From the IMG/VR virus record IMGVR_UViG_3300034013_000676, positions 1-64,000 of that record: a DNA stretch of 64,000 nucleotides; one strand, given 5' to 3'. Position 1 is the stretch's first letter, and every line of letters begins with the position of its first letter. A program made the translations under genes and the position numbers. Positions 1 through 7,146 of this stretch are shown piece after piece. This DNA is from a virus. The notes below the pieces were generated by a model, which did not search any database, was not told the DNA's origin, and was given only the letters and a program-made list of their open reading frames with translations.

Positions 1-30
1 ACATTAGACATCAAGGTAGCCTTAATCCTT

Positions 31-243
31 TTGGCCATTTATCAAAATGGCGAACTTGAATTCCCCTCAGACCATAGACACCAAAATCTCCTACTGCAAC
101 TAAGGGAAATAGGACCCTTCAATGACCCCATTATATTCGACAACGAAGGCATTCCTCAAATACCGTTTGAAACCTCATTATTTAATTGCCAAGCCTTTTA
201 TGAAAGCATCGACTATAATCCTCAATTTTTTCAAATCATCTAA
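31..243 (+). CDS. hypothetical protein (true start may lie before the window)
   Basis: ORF track; TTG start; followed by the next gene 9 bp later. Confidence 0.45.
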   Translation: MAIYQNGELEFPSDHRHQNLLLQLREIGPFNDPIIFDNEGIPQIPFETSLFNCQAFYESIDYNPQFFQII

Positions 244-252
244 ATCGCTACT

Positions 253-510
253 ATGAAAAATCTATTCATCACAATCGCATTACTATTATTCCTTTCAATT
301 AATGCCCAAGAAAATGTTAAGTACAAAGTAATAGGCAAGGAGATTATAAAGGAGAAGCCTATTAAAAAGGCCCCAATTAAAACTGACTTAACCTATACCA
401 TTAAGGATACTACCTACCCGGTCTACCAAGGAACTAAGGGAGGCTACTATATCCTAAGAGTATCTAAGAAAACAGGCAAGGAATACAAAATGTACTTACC
501 AACTAAATAA
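253..510 (+). CDS. small exported protein
   Basis: N-terminal signal peptide MKNLFITIALLLFLSINA-Q; C-terminal YPVY..GGYYILRVSKKTGKEYKMYL motif that I recall from Bacteroidota phages. Confidence 0.7.
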   Translation: MKNLFITIALLLFLSINAQENVKYKVIGKEIIKEKPIKKAPIKTDLTYTIKDTTYPVYQGTKGGYYILRVSKKTGKEYKMYLPTK

Positions 511-518
511 TCTTAATC

Positions 519-593
519 GCTTACCAGCTTACCTGACTGGCTTACCTTAAACGCTTACTGGGCTTACTAACATAAAAGGCTACCAGCGCTACA
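519..593 (+). repeat. GCTTAC(C/T) short direct-repeat cluster
   Basis: GCTTACC at 519, 527, 540; GCTTACT at 553, 562; degenerate GCTAC at 579, 588. Confidence 0.8.
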
Positions 594-604
594 CATATAA
601 ATAT

Positions 605-634
605 AACCCTACCCCACAACAAGGTAGGGTTTTG
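605..634 (+). terminator. intrinsic terminator
   Basis: AACCCTACC-loop-GGTAGGGTT stem followed by T-rich tail. Confidence 0.65.
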
Positions 635-1029
635 TGTTGCCCTAAAAAGGTAGGTGCCTGCATAGGCTATAACAATCCTTCTGGTAACCTCATTAATGGG
701 ACCTTAAACAACAAGGCACCTTAGTAGCCTAAGTAGGCCCTAATGTGTAAATGCTTTAGTAGGCACCCATCATCTCCATAAGGGACCATACTTCATGACA
801 CTAGTATACGATATATAGCAACAACCTTTTGAGGTCGGGCTCCTGCCCCCGGCAACCATAGAGTTTTTGGGAAAGTGGGTTGGGTTCAAAAGTGGGGAAT
901 TAAAAAATCCTATTTTAAAATAAAAAATTAAAATTAAAAAAGCAAATTTTTTTCTACCTATTTTAATAAAATTATCTTATTTATAATTATTATAAATTTA
1001 AAAAATAATTAAAAATACTTTTAGGATTA

Positions 1030-1060
1030 TTTGTAGGTAAGTAAAAAAAGATTAATTTTA
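1030..1060 (+). promoter_or_regulatory. Bacteroidota-type -33/-7 promoter (variant)
   Basis: TTTG (1030-1033), 19-bp spacer, TAATTTTA (1053-1060; one mismatch to TAnnTTTG), upstream of gene 1242. Confidence 0.5.
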
Positions 1061-1137
1061 CAAAAGAATCAGAAAGGGAGTAAAAAACCCTTATTTATAA
1101 ACGTTCTAAATAACGTTTTTAATAAAAAAAGTCCTTA

Positions 1138-1153
1138 GTTCTTTGAAATATTG
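1138..1153 (+). promoter_or_regulatory. boxA-like antitermination element
   Basis: GTTCTTTGAAATATTG in the leader between the promoter and gene 1242; resembles rRNA-operon boxA. Confidence 0.6.
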
Positions 1154-1241
1154 AATGCAAAAAAAAAGTCTTTTAAATTGGATTTAAGACTATAAAACAA
1201 AAATCTAATATAAATTAGTTAATTATTAAAATTTATTTATT

Positions 1242-1808
1242 ATGAGTACATTAAATGCAAATACAAACGTTTCTACAAATGTTGTAACAGAAAAAAAAGA
1301 AGTAATAAAACCAACTTTTAAAAAGGTTACTTCTGAAAAAGACTTAAAAGCTAAAAAAGATTTAGCAATTCAAAGAAGTAAAGAATCAATAAAAAATCCT
1401 ACTTCTAAAAAAGTTTTAAGTTCGGAACAAATTTTAAATTTAGATTTTGAAAATTTAGACTTAAAAAATTTACAGTCTTTAATTAAAGACAATATTAAAA
1501 CCAAGTCAATTAGTACAAAAGAAAAAATGTACAAATTTGAAAGGGAATCCTTAACAAAGGAACAAATTAAAAAAGAACGTTCCCGAATTAGAAAGGAACG
1601 AACAAAATTTTGTTCTAATATTTTAGATTATTTTAAAAATAATCTTAATGACAAATTAAAAGTCGAAATTAAAAAATTTAATGACTTTTACAAAAAAACG
1701 TATCTTCTAAATGATTTAAGTATCGGTTCAATTGCACAAAGTAATTCAGACAAAGAAACATTAGTTAACTTAAATTTAATGTTACAAATAGTAAAAAAAT
1801 TTAAGTAA
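1242..1808 (+). CDS. Lys-rich hypothetical protein, probable immediate-early gene
   Basis: 188-aa ORF inside the AT-rich island with its own promoter, boxA-like site and terminator. Confidence 0.8.
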   Translation: MSTLNANTNVSTNVVTEKKEVIKPTFKKVTSEKDLKAKKDLAIQRSKESIKNPTSKKVLSSEQILNLDFENLDLKNLQSLIKDNIKTKSISTKEKMYKFERESLTKEQIKKERSRIRKERTKFCSNILDYFKNNLNDKLKVEIKKFNDFYKKTYLLNDLSIGSIAQSNSDKETLVNLNLMLQIVKKFK

Positions 1809-1815
1809 TTAATTT

Positions 1816-1856
1816 AAAGAAGTTATTAGCAAAAAAATGTTAATGACTTCTTTTTT
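1816..1856 (+). terminator. intrinsic terminator
   Basis: AAAGAAGTTATTAGC / GTTAATGACTTCTTT stem (G-U pairs) plus T6. Confidence 0.75.
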
Positions 1857-1869
1857 AACTTCAATCATT

Positions 1870-1980
1870 ATGAATAAAAAAGATTTATTTTTAGTTTGTT
1901 TAATTATTTTATTAATAGTTACAAACGTAATTAATTTAGTTATCAATATTATTAACTTCAATCATACTTGTTATGAATAA
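1870..1980 (+). CDS. 36-aa hydrophobic peptide (not in ORF track)
   Basis: Translated by hand: MNKKDLFLVCLIILLIVTNVINLVINIINFNHTCYE; one transmembrane-like segment. Confidence 0.5.
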   Translation: MNKKDLFLVCLIILLIVTNVINLVINIINFNHTCYE

Positions 1981-2119
1981 AAATTATAAAAGAAAAGCAA
2001 AAGTTTTGTTGCCAAGTCCTAAGAGAGAAAATAAAAAATCTAAAGAAGTAACTTTATTAGACGGACTAATTATGTTAATAGGGTTTATATTATTTTATGC
2101 CTTTGTATTTTATATCTAA
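1973..2119 (+). CDS. 48-aa peptide with basic N-terminus and C-terminal membrane anchor (not in ORF track)
   Basis: Translated by hand: MNKNYKRKAKVLLPSPKRENKKSKEVTLLDGLIMLIGFILFYAFVFYI; overlaps the previous ORF by 8 bp. Confidence 0.5.
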   Translation: MNKNYKRKAKVLLPSPKRENKKSKEVTLLDGLIMLIGFILFYAFVFYI

Positions 2120-2242
2120 ATTCTAAATTGAAAAGTAAAAAATAGTTTTTGTCCTCTATTTTTTACTTTTTTTTTGTATTGGTATGTATACCGTCCACCT
2201 CTTTTATTACCACAACTTTCCCGTATGTGATAAGCATCCCTA

Positions 2243-2278
2243 GGATTAATCGACAACTGACAATCGACAAGGATTAAT
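2243..2278. repeat. GGATTAAT-(YNGACAA)x3-GGATTAAT element
   Basis: TCGACAA 2250, CTGACAA 2257, TCGACAA 2264, flanked by GGATTAAT at 2243 and 2271. Confidence 0.75.
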
Positions 2279-2316
2279 GGAAACACCCCCGTCCCCAAAT
2301 CCCAAACAACACATCA

Positions 2317-2355
2317 AAAAAGGCTTACCCATAAAAAAATATAGGAAGCCTTTTT
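2317..2355. terminator. bidirectional terminator at the convergence of + and - blocks
   Basis: AAAAAGGCTT...AAGCCTTTTT inverted repeat. Confidence 0.6.
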
Positions 2356-2683
2356 AACCAAACCCTTATGCAACTATTTATTTACCTCTTCCAATAACTT
2401 AATCCTCTTAAAAGCCCGCTCTCTAACTTCCCAAAAGTATTTATCCTCTAATACCCAAAGAATAAACTATCGAAACAAGGTCCAAAATATTTCACATCAA
2501 CCCTTACCCCATTTTATTCCTCTCCCTTATTTTCAAGATTAAACCTTAACAACCCTAATTTGATTTTACCAGATAGGTTCGATAGATGGTAGCCTTAACC
2601 CCTTTATCTTAGGTTCAATACTAAAATACAAATTATTAAACCAATCCAAATGTTCTTTATTGCCTTTTTATCCTCTCTATCCA

Positions 2684-2947
2684 TTACTGATTTGATTTAA
2701 GGGTAGTGATAAAATTCATTGCTTCTCCTATACTTGGGAAGGTAATTCCTATATCTTCCCAGTCCACTCTAGTAGCTAATTTAAACTTCCATATATAATA
2801 CTCATATATGACTTCTTTGTTAACTGTATAGGTTAGAGCATCGGTACCTTTAAACTTATTCCTACTGGTTCCAACTCTATACCGTGGGTACTTAACTACC
2901 TTAATCTTTTCTCGGGTGATTCCCCCTTTTACTATTGGTATTCCCAT
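2684..2947 (-). CDS. hypothetical protein
   Basis: ORF track; 1-bp stop/start overlap with the upstream gene. Confidence 0.65.
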   Translation of the reverse strand: MGIPIVKGGITREKIKVVKYPRYRVGTSRNKFKGTDALTYTVNKEVIYEYYIWKFKLATRVDWEDIGITFPSIGEAMNFITTLKSNQ

Positions 2948-3255
2948 TAGATTGGTTTGTTAGGTTCGATTTTATGAGGACGTATACCACATACATGTTC
3001 AACTATTTCCCTACTGTTAAATACTTCCCCACAACCCGGACAAGGATATCTACCTTTCTCTAAATATATGGGTTCTTTAATTTGGGTAATATCATTTATC
3101 AACCCCTTTATAAATATCCCTAACTCTGCGTTGTTCATTAATAATAATGACTCCTTACTTAACTCTACTTCTGATGAGGTATTAGACCCATCGGATTTAA
3201 TAGACCCATACCTAATTCTTAATTGCTCTCTTATTATTTTTACTTCCTTGCTCAT
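2947..3255 (-). CDS. hypothetical protein with C-terminal Zn-finger-like motif
   Basis: CPGCG..F....EHVC. Confidence 0.65.
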   Translation of the reverse strand: MSKEVKIIREQLRIRYGSIKSDGSNTSSEVELSKESLLLMNNAELGIFIKGLINDITQIKEPIYLEKGRYPCPGCGEVFNSREIVEHVCGIRPHKIEPNKPI

Positions 3256-3257
3256 AA

Positions 3258-3479
3258 CTATAAATTTGATTTGTTCCTGAATTTTGTTTTCGATTGAGCC
3301 TTAACGGGTTTAGTGCTTTTATAAACACCGTTGGGTTTTGCCTTAAACCCTTTCTTGCTTTTCTCTTTGCTTTTGGGTTTTTCCTTTTTAACTACCGTTA
3401 CTGCCCGGTATTTCCTTTCCTCTATCGAAGCTGCTGATGCTATTAATAACAACCCAACTATATTTCTAATAGATCTCAT
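3258..3479 (-). CDS. small Lys-rich protein with hydrophobic N-terminus
   Basis: ORF track; coupled to neighbouring genes. Confidence 0.55.
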   Translation of the reverse strand: MRSIRNIVGLLLIASAASIEERKYRAVTVVKKEKPKSKEKSKKGFKAKPNGVYKSTKPVKAQSKTKFRNKSNL

Positions 3480-3808
3480 TATATCCAGGGTTTTAAACCT
3501 TGTTTTTCTAAAGGATCTCTTTCATCTTCTAGGTATACATGACCTACTAATACACCAGTGTTTTCAGGTACCTGGAATGTCCCGATATACTCAAGGTTTT
3601 CATTTTTGAACTCCCGACCAGTAACTTTTATTAATATACTAACCATGTGGGGTTCTCTTTTCTCATTTTTATCTAATTCAACCCATACAAAGATTTCTCT
3701 TTTATCAAGTATAGAGGGTTGTACTGATAGTATTTTGAACTCTTTGGTGGGTAATTTGATAGTCTGTCTATCGATTACCATTAAGGGGTATTTATAAATC
3801 ACTTTCAT
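3479..3808 (-). CDS. conserved phage hypothetical protein (MKxIYKYPL...TG...YIGTFQ...HVY type)
   Basis: Motif pattern common in phage genomes. Confidence 0.7.
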   Translation of the reverse strand: MKVIYKYPLMVIDRQTIKLPTKEFKILSVQPSILDKREIFVWVELDKNEKREPHMVSILIKVTGREFKNENLEYIGTFQVPENTGVLVGHVYLEDERDPLEKQGLKPWI

Positions 3809-3820
3809 ATTGTTGGTTTT

Positions 3821-4363
3821 TTATAATTTAACTTTCTTATAACCAATCATCCAGTGGATGTGGTGTTTTTCATTCTTTTTAGGTCCTTTATATTTATCAG
3901 CTCGATATCCCAAGGATTTTGCGAGCTTAAATGAGTACTTTTCTAGTATATCAAATTCATAATCAGTCATAATAGATTTGTGTTTGACGTAATACATTCT
4001 TTTAGCTTCCAGCAATCTCCTTTGGACTCTATCAAAATTTATTTGTAATTGTTCTAAAGGAGTGGGTTTCCTAATTGGCCTTTCTTTTAATCTTTCTAAA
4101 TTGATAAAAACCAGTGGTAAATTAGGAAATAACCTTTTAACCTTCTTCCTGAAGATATTTAAAGCTACCGGATACTTACCGTGGAACTTCAAATCACTCC
4201 ATAGAACCCAAATATCAATATTAGGATTTGAGTAGAAACCCTTAAGCTTATCTTTACCGAACCTTTTAATAAATAACCTCCTGACTTTTTTCAAATCAGA
4301 AGGTTTTTCATCATAACTCCATTTATAACCTTTTCTACTGAGCCCCGTTATATCAGTAAACAT
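3821..4363 (-). CDS. protein carrying a stand-alone NAD-dependent DNA ligase domain Ia-like module
   Basis: RRLLEAKRMYYVKHKSIMTDYEFDILEK matches the LigA Ia YY-x6-7-D-x-E-Y/F-D-x-L pattern; no KxDG adenylation motif. Confidence 0.65.
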   Translation of the reverse strand: MFTDITGLSRKGYKWSYDEKPSDLKKVRRLFIKRFGKDKLKGFYSNPNIDIWVLWSDLKFHGKYPVALNIFRKKVKRLFPNLPLVFINLERLKERPIRKPTPLEQLQINFDRVQRRLLEAKRMYYVKHKSIMTDYEFDILEKYSFKLAKSLGYRADKYKGPKKNEKHHIHWMIGYKKVKL

Positions 4364-4366
4364 CAG

Positions 4367-4594
4367 TTAAAATCTAAAATCGATATCAAGTAACTCTTGT
4401 CCTAATAACTTTGTGTTAACAAGATAGGTTAATCTTTTTTTAACCTCTGCTTTACCTTCTTTGGTATAACTGGTTGTCTTCATAATCTCAAAATCCTCTT
4501 TATCGAGTTTTATATCAACTGCTGACCAAGGTCCATTTGTTTCGGTTTTACACATAACTTTAATTATTACCTGTTCTACTTCTTTTTGTGCCAT
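4367..4594 (-). CDS. hypothetical protein
   Basis: ORF track; directly downstream of the promoter at 4629-4652. Confidence 0.7.
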   Translation of the reverse strand: MAQKEVEQVIIKVMCKTETNGPWSAVDIKLDKEDFEIMKTTSYTKEGKAEVKKRLTYLVNTKLLGQELLDIDFRF

Positions 4595-4628
4595 CTTAGT
4601 TTTGATTTTAATTAATTATTTATAAGTA

Positions 4629-4652
4629 CAAATATATATAAAATTATAACAC
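4629..4652 (-). promoter_or_regulatory. GTGTT-N11-TATATTTG promoter
   Basis: Reverse complement reads GTGTT ATAATTTTATA TATATTTG; about 35 bp before the start at 4594. Confidence 0.8.
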
Positions 4653-4655
4653 TAG

Positions 4656-5174
4656 TTATAACCCAGTAATAGCCTGTGTACAAAGATTATCTACATACTC
4701 ATTATACCTTTTACCACTGTGAGCCTTGATATGTTTTATAACTAGTCCCGGTATTAATTGTTTAAACTCAATCATAATTTCATCAATTACCCTCCACATA
4801 TCTTGATTCATAATAGGAGTACCATTCTGTCTCCTCCAGCCTCTACTTTTCCAACCAGCCATCCACTCATTAACTCCTTTAACTACATACTGGGAATCAC
4901 AGAACAATATAATCTTAGGTTTCTCTAATCCCTTGATATCAACCCTTATAGGCCTAAGCTGATAGGGTTGATAAAACTTAAGTAATAATAATAAGCCCTG
5001 AACAAAAGCAGCTATCTCCATTTCATTGTTGGTAGTGTTCTTCTTAACGTTAACTACCTCTTCCTGAATTTTACCATTAAAAACAAGAATAGAGGCTGCT
5101 GCCCCTATTCCTGGATTAGGTCTACATCCACCATCTGTGTAGATATAGATTTTATCTCTAACTTTCTTACTCAT
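4656..5174 (-). CDS. rnhA: ribonuclease HI
   Basis: YTDGGCRPNPG, TNNEME, CDSQYV, HIKAHSG..YNEYVD motifs. Confidence 0.95.
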   Translation of the reverse strand: MSKKVRDKIYIYTDGGCRPNPGIGAAASILVFNGKIQEEVVNVKKNTTNNEMEIAAFVQGLLLLLKFYQPYQLRPIRVDIKGLEKPKIILFCDSQYVVKGVNEWMAGWKSRGWRRQNGTPIMNQDMWRVIDEIMIEFKQLIPGLVIKHIKAHSGKRYNEYVDNLCTQAITGL

Positions 5175-5898
5175 TGATTCCTAAAGCTTTAGCAGTCATT
5201 GGGAAATTAGCTACAAAGATTTTCTTAATTTCCTCTGCAACTTCTCGGTGTTCCAATTGAGCATGTTGGTCACATCGTTGTTGCATATAATGAATCCATG
5301 AACGAATAGAACCATTAAGGTACATCGTAGTTGATGTAGCCATAGGTAAAACCATACGAGCACATTCTTTAGCGACACCAGCTTCTAATAAACCCCCATA
5401 AAGTGCTTGCATAGAATTTACTAAAGCTCCAACTACATAAGATGCTGGTAAATCCTTAGAAAGGTTTTGTAATAACATATCATTAAATACAGATTCGGGT
5501 AAGGTAGGGTCAAATACTTCTTCTGATGATTGGCGATTTTTAGCACCATTTTTACGAAGTTCAATAGGCTCAATATCTGTAACCTCTGCATACCTTTGAG
5601 AAAATTCTTGAGGCTTAATAGACCAGTGACGAAGTATTTGAATACCAATTGCCTTAGAAGTTGTTACCTCTACACAAAGGTTAATCATATCAAATGGTGA
5701 CCAATGTTTGTGATCAATCATATATTTGATTAGCTTATCCGATGTTTCGGTATTAAGTTGGTTTGAAGGATTTGATACACGAGCAATATAAACTAAGAGT
5801 TCTTCTGCTGTTAATTGACCATAGCCTACTAATTCGGGGTCATGGCCTGTTTCACCAGCTACAAAAGGCTTGGTAAGTGAAATTAATCTTACGTTCAT
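5167..5898 (-). CDS. thyX: FAD-dependent thymidylate synthase ThyX
   Basis: ARVSNP, HWSPF, RHWSIKPQEFSQRY (RHR-x7-S-x-R motif with R to W), ECARMVLP, HAQLEHR. Confidence 0.93.
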   Translation of the reverse strand: MNVRLISLTKPFVAGETGHDPELVGYGQLTAEELLVYIARVSNPSNQLNTETSDKLIKYMIDHKHWSPFDMINLCVEVTTSKAIGIQILRHWSIKPQEFSQRYAEVTDIEPIELRKNGAKNRQSSEEVFDPTLPESVFNDMLLQNLSKDLPASYVVGALVNSMQALYGGLLEAGVAKECARMVLPMATSTTMYLNGSIRSWIHYMQQRCDQHAQLEHREVAEEIKKIFVANFPMTAKALGINE

Positions 5899-5920
5899 AA
5901 TAATTTAATTTAATTAAAGG

Positions 5921-6385
5921 TTAGTAACCACGTTCTTGACGGTCAAAGTTTTCTTTGTTCTTAGCAACATACATAGAGGCTAATTCATCAGCAGTCATCC
6001 CAATTTTTACCATTTGGTTCATAAAGAAATGAAACTGATCCACTATCTCGTATTTAAGTTCTAGTAAATCCTCAGGATGCATATCGGATAGGGGAGTTGT
6101 TTGAGCTTGAGCATAATCTTTCTTCCACCATTTCCAAGCAGCTGAACCAAATCCCTTACCGATACCTCCAACAGCATCAATAGTTTCATGGATTTCATCA
6201 TTTAATGCATGAGCATTTGAAACAAAGAATTCAGCCACATGTCCTATTGAATTATAAGGACTGTAAAAATCTGGGCCCATTACTCTTTCTTGAAGAGATT
6301 TTTGCATAGCCAACATCTCTGTGAATGTTGGGGTAATTGTCAGGTCCAAAGGGAGCTGATGACATTTGTTGTCTGTGTTTGCCAT
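5921..6385 (-). CDS. all-alpha dCTP/dUTP pyrophosphatase, T4 gp56-like
   Basis: MLAMQKSLQ, AWKWWK, HPEDLLELKYEIVDQFHF, KNKENFDRQERGY parallel T4 gp56 as I recall it (WKKWK, SPEDQLEIKFELVDIFHF, KNKHNFERQDNGY). Confidence 0.85.
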   Translation of the reverse strand: MANTDNKCHQLPLDLTITPTFTEMLAMQKSLQERVMGPDFYSPYNSIGHVAEFFVSNAHALNDEIHETIDAVGGIGKGFGSAAWKWWKKDYAQAQTTPLSDMHPEDLLELKYEIVDQFHFFMNQMVKIGMTADELASMYVAKNKENFDRQERGY

Positions 6386-6402
6386 ATTTAATACTTAAGG
6401 GT

Positions 6403-6765
6403 TTATAATTCTAATTTTAACTGGGGTCCAAAACCTTTACGTTGTTCAAGGAATTTTTTAGTTTCTTCAAGGTTAAGGGTGAACATAATATCAAGGAAAA
6501 TACTTTTAAGATTTTCACTTGGGTTTGCATCATAACTAACTTGTTGTATCCTTGATAAATTATGATTAGATATAACTAAATAGTTAGCCTTATGTAAAAG
6601 GATGACAATGTGTTCTACTGAGACTAGGTGGTCCTTGTATATATCTACCAATTCTGAGATTCTAAAAGCCTTGGGGAATCCTATGTTATTAGGTTGAGTT
6701 ATTCTCCTTGATTTTAACAACAACTTAAACCAGATTTTTATCCGGTCTTCTGGGGTATCATACAT
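6403..6765 (-). CDS. hypothetical protein
   Basis: ORF track; first gene of the minus-strand block. Confidence 0.65.
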   Translation of the reverse strand: MYDTPEDRIKIWFKLLLKSRRITQPNNIGFPKAFRISELVDIYKDHLVSVEHIVILLHKANYLVISNHNLSRIQQVSYDANPSENLKSIFLDIMFTLNLEETKKFLEQRKGFGPQLKLEL

Positions 6766-6887
6766 AAAAATAAAGTTTAGTGATTATAATTAGGTTATAT
6801 CAGCCGGACCTAAGGAAACCAAAGGTCCTAATAATTTACCTAAAACCCAATCACAAGAAAAGGTAAATTAAAACTGATTTATAAGAT

Positions 6888-6901
6888 TAAATAGTATATA
6901 T
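6888..6901 (-). promoter_or_regulatory. RTACTATW putative phage promoter (leftward)
   Basis: Reverse complement ATATATACTATTTA, an exact inverted copy of 7017-7030. Confidence 0.6.
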
Positions 6902-7016
6902 TTATTAATCTGGGTATTTTCTAGGAAGGCATTAAACCTAGACAATAACACTAGGACCAAACTTGTAAGTTCTATCTTTCTTCTACACTAGAGATATATA
7001 CTTACTAATAAATTAT

Positions 7017-7030
7017 ATATATACTATTTA
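7017..7030 (+). promoter_or_regulatory. RTACTATW putative phage promoter (rightward, structural operon)
   Basis: ATATATACTATTTA. Confidence 0.6.
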
Positions 7031-7146
7031 GGATGGGTACTCCCCACTTCCCTTGGGCGGTACGTTACCCGGATCCTAAGTTATTAATTTAGTATTATAT
7101 TATCATATTTATTAACGCACGCACGAGGCACTTAAAATTAAAAGAG

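Noticed and set aside
511-600. Possible CRISPR or mini-array
   Set aside because: Repeats are only 6-7 bp with 1-6 bp gaps; no 25-45 bp repeat-spacer structure and no cas genes.
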